From Antechinus flavipes (taxonomy: Eukaryota), in NCBI RefSeq assembly GCF_016432865.1, contig NC_067402.1, forward strand, positions 218,922,001 to 218,986,000: a stretch of 64,000 nt of DNA, read 5' to 3'. This document shows positions 43,161 through 56,779 of the stretch, piece by piece (position 1 is the stretch's first letter; the number at the start of each line of letters is the position of its first letter). The translations under genes and the position numbers were made by a program. Below the pieces are notes generated by a model, which did not search any database, was not told where the DNA came from, and saw nothing but the letters and a program-made list of their open reading frames with translations.

Positions 43161-46100
43161 ATGAACTTTGAGGGCCTGGATCCTGGACTGACGGAGTATG
43201 CCCCAGCCCTGCATCCCACCCTGGACCCCGTCCTAGATGCCCACCTGAACCCTAGTCTGCTGCAGAATGTGGAGCTGGACCCCGAGGGAGTGGCCCTGGA
43301 GGCACTGTCGGTCCCGGAGTCCGTGCACATCATGGAGGGCGTCTACTCGGAGCTGCACAGCGTGGTGGCCGAGGTGGGCGTGCCTGTGTCCGTGTCCCAC
43401 TTCGACCTCCACGAGGAGATGCTGTGGGTGGGGAGTCATGGGGTAAGAGACTTTTGCTTGGAGGGGCGACGGGGAAGTTGTCTGTCTGGTATGAGGGCCA
43501 AGGACCTTGCAGAAAGCTGCCCGCGATTGGTGTAGGGGTAGAGTGGGTACTGGTGCTGGTGAACCGGGAAGGGGACAGTTTGGAAGTGATTTGGTGTCCT
43601 TCTCCCCGGGGCGATTTAATGTCTGCAAGGTTCTACCCCAAGTTCTGGTCAGATTCCCCAATCAACTCCACCAATTGTTTTACAGCTATTTAAATCTTAT
43701 TTATTTTTCCTTCTCACATATGTACTTAGGCCGACATAGTATTTTTATACCTGTTTTGGTTGTCCAGTCATGTATGAGTCTTTGTGATTCTATTTGGAGT
43801 TTTCTTGGCAAAGTTATTGGAATGGTTTACCATTTCCTTCTCCAGCTTATTTTACAGATGAGGTAACAGTCCTACAGCTAGGAAATGTCCCAGACCAGAT
43901 ATGAATTCAAGTATTTCTGACTCCAGGCCTGGTGCTCTATCCACTGTGCCTCTTAGCTAGCTTTTATTCAAATGTCTGTTATGTATGTGTCATTTTTATT
44001 ATTTTGAATTCTAATGTGTCAGAGATCAGGTACTTTGTGTTCTGTGAGTAGGGATCTTAACTAACTACTTGAAACTCCCTGAGTTCCTATCACAGTGTTC
44101 TCCATATCTTTAGTGGTTAGTAAATAGTGCATTTTTTATGTATCTTGAGTGCCCAACATACTACCATATTACTCTTAGAGCTCAGTAAAGAATGTGTTAT
44201 TTCTTATATATGAAAATAACATTCCCAGGACACCACTGGAGCTTTGGAGGTTGCTTTTTCAAAAATATATTTCTGCTGATCTGTCCATTCTCTTGCCCAA
44301 TCCCCCTATGACTGATAAAAAATTTCCAAGATGGGAGTTTCAGGGGTTGGAACAAAAACTAACCGATGTTGGATGAAATCCATGATTTAAGTCTCCTTGT
44401 CCCTTTTTAAACCAATTTACATAGTTTTCTAGAGATAATAAATGCTGGTAGACTCATTGATTAGGACGTGGACTTGTGTACCCCAGTTGCCAATAAGTTT
44501 ATAGAATTCAAAAGAAAGATCCTTAAGAGATCCCCTAATACAATCATCTTATTTTAATGATGAAACAGACCCAGAGAAGTTAGGTGATTTTTGCCGAAGG
44601 TCACAGCCAATAAATGGTAGAATTGGAATCAGGTCTTCTGATTTTCTAATTCAGAGCTCTTTTTTACATAAATAATGTGCTGTTTGCTTCAAATCATAAC
44701 AAAACCAATTAAGTTTTTCTTTAAACTTTTTTTGAAAAATTAACTTCTTCAGTTGTTTATCTTCATTCACCCCATTGTATATTTTCCTATTATAGTCACA
44801 GTAAATACGTACTAATCTTTTTCTGCTTTTTTACTTAACAGTATTTTCAAATGTCTTCTATATTTATTGTTTTCGTGTGATATTAATTTAGTTTATTTGA
44901 TTTAATGTGATTTTAAAAATTACATTAACATTTCAGTTTGTTCCTCTATTCCCTAATCTTTGGATTTCAGTTTTTGTTCTTGGTTTGTTTGTCTTTTTTG
45001 CAATAAATTACATTGTCATAAATACCTTTGAGCAAATAGATTTTTGAAATTTTTTTTTAGGCCATACTACCAATAATAGATTATTAGATAAAAGGATGTT
45101 TGCATTTTTCTAACTCTGGCAGTAGCTTGTTATGATTTAATCCTTCCCTCCATCCCATATGTAAGATATTACATATACACAAAGAACCCTAATTCTAGAT
45201 CTGGCATTACCCAAAAGTGGTTGGTTTCAATGATGAAAACCTCCAAAATCCCTTTTTTCTCACTTCCTATCATTCCATCTCTTTCCTACACTTTACTTTT
45301 GTAAGCCTGTTCTGTCTACTCATCAATTTATTCCTTTCTTAATACTTTCCCAACCTCTTACCTTGATTTGTCTTCACTTTCCTCCCTTCCCATTAATAAA
45401 CCTATAGTAACCAGTTTAACCTATCCCCTCCTTGACAATTCCTTGATCCCTACTCTTGTTAGTACTTACACCTTGCCAAAAGTCACTTTTGGATAACTAC
45501 CACCATCCATCTCCTTTGTTCCTCTTCAAGATTTGGAAGAAATCATAATTCTGAATTGATACTAGATCATTACAGATCAGGTACTCTCTTATCTCAAAAA
45601 ATAACCTTTTTGCTCAATCTCCACAGAGACTGTCTAAACCTCTCCTTTTCTCAAACTTCACTCTTGGCAAAGAGTCTCATTTCATATTTTTATGGTGGGG
45701 GAAGAGAGAAGCAGACAGGGAGACAGTTCTTCTCTACATCTCAAAACCCTTGGACATCCCCAATATTTATTCTTTATTCCAGTCTCTGATTAAGAAGTGG
45801 TTTTCAAGGCCAACATCTCTACATCTATCCTTGATCCACCCTTCCTATTTTCTCTAATAGGTTGCCTTTGTAATCCCTTTCTCCCTACCTCCCTCATCCC
45901 CCTACCCCCGATTTAATAATTATTATCTATTGGTTTCTTCCCTTATTGCCTAAAACGTGCCTGCCTTTCCCATCTTGGGAAAAAACCACCACCACTACAA
46001 AACATTAGACTCTACAACTGGAGATCTCTCCCCTCCACAGCCAGACTGATTTCTCAATCCTTTGCTATAAATATCCTCTGATTTCCGAACTAATTTAATG

Positions 46101-49100
46101 GAAACTTTGTCCTCTTTTCCTCTCCCTTCCCTTCTCCCCCTCTTCCTCTCCCTTGCCAAAGTTTTTCTTGTTGTGCAGGTCTGATTATGTTACTCTTACT
46201 CAGTACGCTCCAGTGGCTCCCTCATGTCTCTAGAATAAAACATAAACCCCTTTATTTAACTTTTAAAGCCCTTCACACCTGATCCCAACCCACCCTCCCA
46301 GCCTTGATATGTAATGCTCCTGCCCCACAGTCAGCCAAACTAGCTGCCTTGCTCTACTTTCCCCATATTACTGAGTTTCTCTGCTCTGCATTCCCACCTC
46401 ACCTCTGCCTCTTAGACTACTCTTTTTTCCAAAGCCCTGCTCAGGGACCACTCCCAGCTGCTGGTGCTCGCCCCTTCAGAAATGTGTGCTGTGTTTGTGT
46501 GCATATGTCGCCTCTTCTAATAGCATATCAGCTCTGTGAAGGCAGAGACTTTCATTTTTGTCTTTGTCTCCCCAGTGTTTGGTACACAGTAGGCTTTTTT
46601 TGGGCTAGACTGTTAGTAAATGAATGTTAATTGATAGATTGCTTTTCTGTCCATTTCTTTTTTCTGCTTCAATGTGCTATATGGTGAAGGGAAGCAGAGG
46701 GAGCTGGCTGTCGCGACTTTGCATTGTGACTGGGCCTTTTCTCTCCTTCCAGGGCCATGCCACCTCGTTCTTTGGCCCAGCCCTGGAGCGCTATTCATCC
46801 TTCCAAGTCAATGGCAGTGATGACATTCGGCAGATCCAGAGCCTGGAAAATGGTGTTCTTTTTCTTACTAAGAACAACTTAAAATATATGGCCCGTGGGG
46901 GACTCATTATCTTTGATTACCTGTAAGTGGCTCCCTGTGCCTGAACTGATAGGGAAAATCTGAAGCTCTTTCCCTAGCTGTCACTTCCTGTGCTGTGGTT
47001 GGGGGCTTTAGGCTAGAAACTTGAGGAAGTCCTCACTCCTTCCCTGCCTCCACAGCCTGGATGAGAGCGAAGACATGCACAGCCTTCTCCTGACCGAGAG
47101 CAGCACCCTGCTGGTAGGAGGACTGCAAAACCATGTGCTGGAGATTGACCTCAACACTGTCCAGGAAACACAGAAGGTACCAGCCGGGAATGGAGGAGCT
47201 GCAGGGAAGGGGATGGAAGGGACACAGGGACAGTACAAAGGGGCCGGGCCACGGGCCACGGGGACAGCATGGAGGGGCTGTGGGGCCAGGGGGCCAGGCA
47301 CAGAGGGATAGGGATAAGCACAGAGGAACCACAGAGAACAGGGACAGAGGGGCCATAGGAACAGGCATGGAGGGGCTGTGGAGCTGGGCTCTGCTGGGAA
47401 AGCAGGCTGTGTAGGGGACACTGTTCCTAGACATTTCCTTCTGCTTCCCTCCCTAGTATGCTGTGGAGATCCCAGGCATCACCATCATGAGGCAGTCAAG
47501 TCGATTTTTCTTCTGTGGCCACACATCCGGCAAGGTGCTTTTTCTCTCCCTCATCTACCTCCAATTTAAAAAGAAAAAAACTCATAACCAACATGCCCAG
47601 TCGGGCAAAAAAAATTTACCACATCATCCATGTCCAAAGATGTCTGTTCTGTTCTGCTTCTTGAATCTATCACCTAGAAGCAGGGAAGGAGGCAGCAGCA
47701 CCATTTATCATCATTCCTTTGGAATCATGGTTGATTATTGCATTGTTCACAGGTCTAAAGTTTGTCTTTACAATGTTGTGATTGTATACATTGTTCTCCT
47801 TGCTCTATTTACTTCACTCTGTTCAATTCATTTTCTCTTGGTTTCTCTGAAACCATATCTTTCATAATTTACTATGGCATAATAGTACTCCATTATATTT
47901 ATATACTACAATTTGTTCAGCTATTCCCTAAATGACAGGCACTTCTCCGCCCTTAATTTATAGTTCTTAGCTATCACAAAAGGAACAGCTATAAATATTT
48001 TTGTACATATGGGTTGTAGTTTCAGTCTCCTTGTTGGTATGGCATATTATAGAAATAAATATAAAGCATAGTTTAGTAACTTTTGGAGCATAGTTCCAGA
48101 TTGATTTCCAGAATAGCTGGACCAGTTCACAACTTCATCAACAGTGCATTAATGTGCTTGTTTTCCCCCCACCCCCTCCAATTCTCCAATTATCTCACCA
48201 GGTGATTAACTGAGCCCAACTGCTGTGCTATCTTCCTATCTACTTGTGTCTTACTCTGGATCATTTTCTTTCAGATTTTGGCTGCTCTTTTTCCTTTTCA
48301 TTATGCTAAGTGCTATAGAATAGGACTTAAACTTTTTTTCACTTGCAACCTCTTTTGACCTGAGAAATTTTTACATGGCTTTAGCTATATAGACATATAA
48401 AATTGGTATACCATTGAATATTTACTGATAACAAATCATAATCTTGTGACCCCCCACATTCAGTTTAAGAAGCTGAACCATAGAGGTAAGGCAGAAGTTT
48501 AATAATCTCTGAGTCCCTCTCTTTCTCAGCTTCTTTTATTCTCTTCTCAAGCTGATTTTTCAGATCTTGAGGTCTGACTCTTCCCATCAGGAATAAGTAG
48601 GTGGCAGATACCATTCGTTCTAGTTCTTTCTGATGTAGTTGATTGCAGTATTCCTCTCATAGGTATCCCTTCGGGATCTTCGTACTTTCAAGGTGGAGCA
48701 TGAATTTGATGCCTTCTCAGGGAGTTTGTCAGACTTTGATGTGCATGGCAACCTGCTGGCAGCCTGTGGCTTCTCTAGCCGCTTGAGTGGTTTGGCCTGT
48801 GACCGATTCCTCAAGGTCTATGATTTGCGAATGATGCGAGCCATTACACCACTACAAGTGCACGTTGACCCTGCCTTCCTGCGCTTCATCCCCACTTATA
48901 CCTCCCGCCTTGCCATCATCTCACAGACAGGTGCTCGCTCAGTAATGGAAGAGAGGGATGAAGTGGGGGAAATGGAAGGGCAGAATAGCTAACCCTGGCC
49001 TTGGGACAAGGGAGGGAGCCTCTCTGCAAGATTGTAGGATCAAACCTGAAGCTATTATCCCTGACTTTCTCTCCTTCCCCCAGGGACACAGGAAGAGGAA

Positions 49101-52100
49101 AAAGATGGGGTATTGTTTAGTAATAACAGGTCATTGCTGTTACTTGATAAGGTGGGGAAATTTCTGTTCATCACCAAAATGAGGACATAGCCCTTCTCAG
49201 TGTTACCAAAGGCTAGGTGGATAGGACTTCAGTATTTTTTCCACATGGCTCAGTGTCTTCACTTTTCTCTTTCCAGGGCAATGCCAGTTTTGTGAGCCCA
49301 CAGGCCTGGCTAATCCAGCAGATATCTTCCATGTGAATCCTGTGGGACCTCTGCTGATGACATTTGATGTGTCAGCTAGCAAGCAAGCCCTAGCCTTTGG
49401 GGACTCAGAGGGCTGTGTACACCTCTGGGCTGATTCCCCTGAGGCAACTTTCAACCCCTATTCCCGTGAAACTGAATTTGCCCTACCTTGCCTTGTTGAC
49501 TCACTGCCACCCCTGGACTGGAACCAGGATCTACTGCCTCTCTCCCTCATCCCAGTTCCACTCACCACTGACACTCTTCTCTCTGACTGGCCAGCTGCCA
49601 ACTCTGCTCCTGCGCCCAGGTAAATTGCTTACCTGGATCAGATGGAAGGAGGGACCAAGATACTGGTATTCTCTTTTTCTTGCTCTGTCATTGTCCCATC
49701 CATTAGCTAGTGTCCCCATTTTTTTTGGCCTCTGTTATCTCCTTTCTCTGGGACTTGGGGATTGGGCAGTTGTGGGCCCCAGGACCCTTTAAGCCCCAGA
49801 GCTATGCTGCATTGTAGGCGGGCACCACCAGTGGATGCAGAGATTCTGCGCACCATGAAGAAGGTGGGCTTCATTGGCTATGCACCTAATCCCCGAACCA
49901 GGCTTCGTAACCAGGTGTGTATGACAGGAGATGAAAGGGGGAGACCGGGAGGCCTCAACTCCAGCTTCCTTTACCTGTAAGACAACCTCATTGCCCTTCT
50001 GTTCTACTTCTCTAACAACCTCATAGTTGCTATTTTCAGTAAAATGGAATATTTTTTGAATGCTCACTATGGAAGACCTCAAATGTCAGGGTAAAGATTT
50101 TAGACTGTTATCTTTTAAACAGTAAACAGCTGAGGAAAAAACAATGTTTTAGGGAGGTTGATCTAATTCAGTTGTGAGGATAGAAGATGAACTGACATCA
50201 AGGAACCAGTTGGGAAATTATTGAATAATCAAATTGCAAATTGATAAAAGGCCTGAACCAGCAGTGTAGAAATAGAAAGGATTATTGATCAGATTTGGTA
50301 AGTGGTCATAAGGGGTTAGGAAGATAATGTCAGAATCAGAGGTGATAAGAGATTTCCTACCTGTGTGCTTCTCTCTTCTTTTAGATTCCTTACCGCCTCA
50401 AGGAACTAGATAGTGAGTTTGACAACTTCAACCAGGTTCCTGAGTCACCCATAGGGCGGGAAGAAGAGCCACATCTCTACATGGTCTCCAAAAAGTACCG
50501 AAAGGTGTGGGGTCAGGGAAAAAGCAGGGAAGCAGAGAGAAGCATTGTAGTAGAAAAGGATTGGAGAGGCCAACGTAGTTGACCTGTCTTACAAGTTCAC
50601 TGGGCAGGAATGGTAGGATTCCTCCCTCCTCATCCCCTGGTCTTCCACTCAGAACTTAGAGAAGATGTGTAAATGTTATCTGGGAGCTCTCCCCACTTTT
50701 CACTTGGGTTATTTTCTTCATTCCAGGTGACCATCAAATACTCAAAGCTAGGTCTAGAGGATTTTGACTTCAAGCACTACAATAAGACGTTGTTTGCTGG
50801 GCTGGAACCCCACATTCCCAATGCTTATTGTAATTGCATGATCCAGGTAAGGACTGAGGGCCACTGACTATAAATATGCCTACAGTTATATTCTGAAGCT
50901 CGCTCTCTATTCATTTCTCCCTGCTTCTACCACTCCTTTTCCTAGAATAAAAGTTCTTAATTGGGACCCTTGGATAGCTTTCAGGGAGTATGGCAAGTTA
51001 GATGGGGAAAAAAATATTTCTTTATTTTCATTAATCTCTAATCGAAATTTTGCATTTCCTTTAATTATGCCTGAAAAGGCATCCAAAGGCTTGACCAGAT
51101 TGGGGTAGAGGTCCAAGACACACAAACTTACGATGTCTGCCTCTACTTCTTCTGTGATTCTGCTTCTGCTCTGCGCCATTGGCTTTTCCCCATTCTAGAG
51201 TTCTTTGTCTTCCTTCTAGGTCTTATACTTCCTGGAGCCTGTCCGCTGTCTAATCCAGAACCACCTGTGCCAGAAGGAGTTCTGCCTGGGCTGTGAGCTG
51301 GGTTTCTTGTTCCACATGCTGGACCTTTCTCGTGGTGATCCATGTCAGGTTAGAGGCCACTCAAGTAGGGCCTCATTTTGGCATTCGGTGCCCAGATTCC
51401 TAGGATTGAGAAGCTATCTCTGGTTTCCTTCCTCTTCTTACAGGGCAGTAACTTTCTGAGAGCATTCCGCACCATCCCTGAAGCCTCAGCCCTTGGCTTA
51501 ATCCTGGCAGATTCAGACGAGGTTTCAGGCAAGGGCAATCTGGCCAGGCTCATCCAAAGGTGGAACCGTTTTATTTTGACACAGCTACACCAAGACATGC
51601 AGGAACAGGAAGGCCCTCAGGCCTACAGAGGTGCAGGAGGCAGGTACAAAACAAGAGCATGGGGGTCCCCTCAGGTGTGTGTCTCTTAGCCCCTTCATGT
51701 ACACAAAATGCCTTTCTCTGGTAACTGTGTGCTTCTTGATTTCCAACAGCTTTTGTTCATCAGGGGATTCAGTCATTGGGCAGCTCTTCAGCTGTGAGGT
51801 GGAGAATTGTAGCCTGTGCCGGTGTGGCAAAGAAACGGTGCGGGTGTCCTCTACCCTGCTCTTCACACTCTCCTATCCAGAGAGCCACAGTAGTGGTATG
51901 ACCCTGGGCAGATTTGGTGGGCATGGGAGGGAGGAGGAAAGACAGTTGATGATCATTGCCAGAGCACTGTAGAGTTGGGAAGACAACTTGAGTGACTGGC
52001 CTCATTTTTCTTCAGATAAGAGTATGAAGAACTACGACTTTGCGCAAGTATTGAAGAGAAGCATTTGTCTGGAACAGAACACACAAGCTTGGTGTGAAAA

Positions 52101-55100
52101 CTGTGAAAAGTACCAGCCCACAGTGAGTAGCACTTGGATTTCAGGACACCTTTCTGCCTCATCCAGGATCCATTTATGTCCTCTTCCTCACCTACATTGG
52201 TGATTCAGTGTACTCTAGGATCAATCAGGCAGGATAGCACCTATAAAGGGTATCAGGGTAGGGGAGGATAATCTAATCCAAGAATACAAACCCTGATTTT
52301 TTTTTTTAATCTCAGCCCAAATTTTCTACGCCTTGGATTGCCTCATCTCCCAGTTTCCTTCTCTAGGTACAGACCCGCAACATTCGCCATCTCCCAGATG
52401 TTCTAGTTATCAACTGTGAGGTCAATAGCTCTAAAGAGGCAGATTTCTGGAAGTTGCAGGCAGAGGTAAGATCTGGACCTGAGCTAAGAATCAGGGAGGC
52501 CAGAGTACTTTGTGGTTTCTTCCTATCATTGGGACCTATCCCTAGGCCTTTTTGAGGACTCTGACCTTCTCTTTTCTCTCCAGTTTGCTTTCAAGATGGC
52601 AGTGAAGAAGGCAGGTGGGGAGATCCCTAAAAACAAAGAGAGTGCTCTGGCTGATTGGTAGGTACTGGCTTACCTCCTACTGGTGGCTGGAATACTGAAA
52701 TAGATAACTCCTATTATCTCAGGCAGAATTTCTAACTCATTTCCTGACTTCTTGTCTGGCAGGAAGGACCTAGGAAGTCCAAAAGGGCGCCCTTTGTGTA
52801 CTTCCATTGAGGAGTTAAAGAATGTCTGGCTTCCATACTCTATTCAGATGAAGCTTACAAAGAACAAGGGATTGGATGTCAGCAACTGGACCGATGGAGA
52901 TGAGGTACTTATGCTGCAAGGACTGTGTTGGAGGAAGAGGGATTTTTGAAGCCACTTCAGCATCTCAGAAGACCTTTCTTGGCTCCTGAGCCATGCCTTC
53001 TGTCCTTACTCTCCCTCCATCCCCACCTTTATACTTAGCTTAACAACTTGGGAATTCTCTTCACAGCAGAATCCACTCAGGGAAGGGGAGGATAACGTCT
53101 ATGTGTATGATCTGATGGCTACTGTGGTACACATTCTGGATTCACGAACTGGGGGCAGCCTGGTGGGTCACATCAAAGTTGGGGAAACCTACCACCAGCG
53201 CAAAGAGGTCAGTAGTATGATATTGAAGGAGGGTCTTAAAATGGTGGCCATAATGGTACTTTTCTCATCCCACTGTGGTCAGACACATGCTATCTCTTTT
53301 TCCTTTTACAGGGTGTTACTCACCAGCAGTGGTACCTCTTCAATGACTTCCTTATTGAACCTGTGGATAAGGTTGGTCTTCTCATTTCTCTCCAACCTGT
53401 ATTAATTTCAAGACACTGAAAAAAAAAGCCCCAGCCACACACCTGGGAGAAAGGGATAGCTTGCTATTGTACAACAAAGATTTGGAAGAGCAACAAATTG
53501 TGTTGAGAAAAAAGCAAAAGGTTGGGCCAGGGACAGTAACTGATTCTTCCATTCCACAGTGTGAAGCCGTACAATTTGACATGAGCTGGAAGGTGCCTGC
53601 CATCTTATATTATGTCAAGAGGAACCTCAACACCAAATACAACCTGAGCAGTGAGTGGTACAGGGTGGGCAAATAATATGGGTAGTTTTAATTGGGCCCT
53701 CTGGCAGCTAAGAGATCAAGGAAATTTCTTAATAGTTTTTGGATTAGTGTTTAATGCCAGGAGACACTGTAGAAATTCCTGCTTATCGACCTTGTTAAGG
53801 TTAAAAGGGCAGAGCTTTTGTTTTGAATGTAGATCCACAGATTTGGGCCCAAATTATTGCCAGATGTCCTTATCCACAGTGAGCCAAGTGATTTTCCCTT
53901 TTCACCAACCACCCAGCTACTCTGCTCCTTTTGCCTGGCCCCATTGCTTTCCCACCATCTCCACTTCCTTTGAATAGTCTCAGTATTTGACTTCCTATCT
54001 GTCCACAAGCTGTGAACACCCTCATACCCTTTCTTCTTCTCTCTTTTGGCCCTGAGCTAACTGAACTAGGACCCTGACTTTGAAATTCTTATTTCATCCC
54101 TCAGCCCCTTCTTCAGCCTCTACTTTGTGTATTTCCTGATAACTCCCTGGCTTGACCTCTCCATCAGCCTGTCCACCAGGCTTCATTCCCTCTACTTATG
54201 TGCTTTGATTACTGAGGGGCCACGATGCAGACTCAGAGTCCCCAGTCACCCTGAGCCTCCTTCCCCTCACCACTCCCCATCCTTGCCCTGGCTGTCTGCC
54301 CCTCTGCCCTCCAGTCAAGAACCCTATTGAAGCAAGCGTGCTGCTGGCCGAGGCCTCACTGGCCCGGAAGCAGCGCAAGACCCATGCTACCTTCATCCCA
54401 CTGATGCTGAGTGAGATGCCACAGGCCGGGGACCTGGTGGGCCTGGATGCTGAATTTGTCACCCTTAATGAGGTAACTGGGCCCAGGCATCTATGGGGAC
54501 TTGGAGCAGAATCCTAAGGAACTGAGGAGGGATAGACAAAACTATAAGAACCTTCTCCCCTACTCTTGTAGGAGGAGGCAGAGCTGCGCAGTGATGGCAC
54601 CAAGTCCACCATCAAACCAAGCCAGATGTCAGTGGCTAGAATCACCTGTGTTCGGGGCCAAGGGCCAAACGAAGGTGTCCCCTTCATTGATGACTACATC
54701 TCTACACAGGAGCAGGTACCAGGCGGCTTGAGAGTTTGGACAGACAAGAAATTATGCTGATGATCTTAAAAGCTGGTGGGGACTCCATTTCCTAGGATGA
54801 CTTATTCCATTCTTTGTCCTCCTAGGTGGTGGATTATTTGACTCAGTACTCAGGGATAAAGCCTGGAGACCTTGATGCTAAGATTTCCTCTAAACACCTT
54901 ACCACTCTCAAGTCTACGTACCTGAAACTTCGCTTTCTTATAGATATTGGTGTCAAGTTTGTGGGTCATGGACTGCAAAAGGACTTCCGGGTCATCAATC
55001 TCATGGTTCGGACTAGATTTTCCCTGAGTATTTGGTGTGGGAAGGGGGATATAGAGGCAAGGGTAGAAGAGGGTATGTCCCCAGAGTATAGGCTCTCCTT

Positions 55101-56141
55101 GTACTGTTGATGGGTATCAAATGTCTCACTCTTCATTTTGTATTTTTTCAACTCTTAATTTCCCACTTTCATATTTGCTAGGTGCCCAAAGACCAGGTTA
55201 TTGATACTGTCTACCTCTTCCACATGCCCCGAAAACGAATGATCTCCTTGCGCTTCCTTGCTTGGTATTTCTTGGGTGAGTGGCCATGTTTTACATTTCT
55301 TCAAGGTGAAATTGTTGGAGGGCAATGAAGTGGGGGAAAGGGGAAGAAAGAGAAAAGGAAGTTGGTTAGTGGTGGCAAAGTATAATAGTGGCGTATTATA
55401 AGAGTTAAAGATTGAAACCTGAAAAGCATCCTAGAAAAAAAAATCAAGTTCTCACTTTACAGATAAGGAACCCCAGGTATAGAAAAGGTAAATGATTTAC
55501 CCAAAGTCACAGGTAGTAAATAGCAATGTTGGGATTTAAACCCAGGTTCTTTGATTCAGGGCTTTTTTTTCCCATTTTGTGTAATGATTAAGAGATTCAG
55601 GAACCTCTGCTGTAGGGGAATTAATTTGCTCTTTTTGTAAGAAAACTTCAGGGAAAAGGAGGGGTTGATAGTGAAGACTGATCTTCTTTTCTTCTACCAA
55701 ACACTCAAAACACTTTTATTTTCCTCAGATCTCAAGATCCAAGGGGAGACCCATGATAGCATTGAGGATGCCCGAACAGCTCTTCAACTTTACCGAAAGT
55801 ATCTGGAGTTAAGCAAAAATGGCAGCGAACCAGAGTCCTTCCACAAAGTGCTCAAGGGGCTTTATGAGAAGGGCCGAAAAATGGATTGGAAGGTTCCTGA
55901 GCCTGATGGCCAGGCAAGCCCCAAAAGTAAGATTTGGAAGAGAGGAAATGCTGGCTTCGTTTTGGGATGCATATACTGTCTGTGTCTTTATGTGTCCATG
56001 CCTGTGAATGGATTCACCCTTATCTGAGAAGTTAATTCTTCCCTGCATGAACATTTGAGTCTTCATTCACTTGAACGATCATGTTCTCATTTTTATGTCT
56101 TAACAGATTCCGCCGTCTTCTCCACAGTGCTGGCGCTCTGA
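43161..56141 (+). CDS. PAN2: PAN2-PAN3 deadenylation complex catalytic subunit PAN2 (USP52), about 1198 aa, 25 coding exons
   Basis: Exons 43161-43442, 46753-46922, 47056-47176, 47457-47534, 48663-48930, 49277-49619, 49818-49914, 50385-50504, 50727-50846, 51220-51348, 51444-51643, 51750-51895, 52016-52122, 52367-52465, 52584-52657, 52763-52904, 53067-53207, 53312-53371, 53560-53650, 54315-54472, 54572-54715, 54826-55005, 55182-55275, 55729-55926, 56107-56141 (TGA); 3597 nt. Starts MNFEGLDPG; WD40 region; inactive UCH domain ([10 protein letters not shown]); DEDD motifs [21 protein letters not shown] intact; ends [15 protein letters not shown] at 56727-56732. Confidence 0.97.
43755..43960 (-). 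mobile_element. MAR1-type marsupial SINE
   Basis: gttgtccagtcatgt...gttttcttggcaaagttattggaatggtttaccatttccttctccagcttattttacagatgagg...tgactccaggcctggtgctctatccactgtgcc. Confidence 0.75.
45180..46640 (+). mobile_element. LINE-2 remnant
   Basis: Long C/T-rich body ending ctgtgaaggcagagact...tctccccagtgtttggtacacagtaggc...aatgaatgttaattgattgat-like tail. Confidence 0.6.
48322..48477. mobile_element. Second copy of the hAT-like MITE seen at 24353-24547
   Basis: Shares gagaaatttttacatg...gctatatag.catata...atttactgata; right TIR cagtttaagaagctg. Confidence 0.5.
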
Positions 56142-56779
56142 CTGCTCTTTTCCAGCCACATCTTTCCATCTCCCCTCCTTGAGTGCTCTGTGGCTCCACG
56201 ACAGAAGCAGCACCAGGGAGAGGTGGTTTCTCCAGTTGCTGGTCCTCTGTCTCCCCGCTCCAGCACTGCCCTGGGGACAGGGCCCAAGCCTCAGGCCCCA
56301 ACTCAGACCTATAGGGACTCTGCTGATGGTGCTATTATTAGAACTGTTGGAATTTCCTCGGTGCAGCTAGGATGTTATAAAATATGCAGGAGCTGAGCTC
56401 CCTCTATCCCTGTGGCAACATGGAGAGTAAAGCCTGGAAACTGGCCCTTAAAGGAAGCAGCAGTACCATTAGTTAACAGAACACTCAGTCCCTAGCTGGC
56501 TAGGGACAGTAGTGCCAGACAATGGCAAGACAGATCAGTGTCTCTGGATTGAGGATCTGATGGAGGATCCAGCAGGTACAGCTTCAGGGCCCAGAGCAAA
56601 AACACAAGGGCATTGCCAAAGGGCCTTCGTGTCCCAGGCCTATGATCTTTTGGCTACAAAGCTCAGCAGGGTTACTCTTGCTGACACCCTCTTCCTAAGC
56701 TTTGTCTGCAATGGAATGTTTTATAAAATAAAAGCAAAAATCTCTGTGGTGGAGTATAACTGGCTCAACTTGGGGGGGG

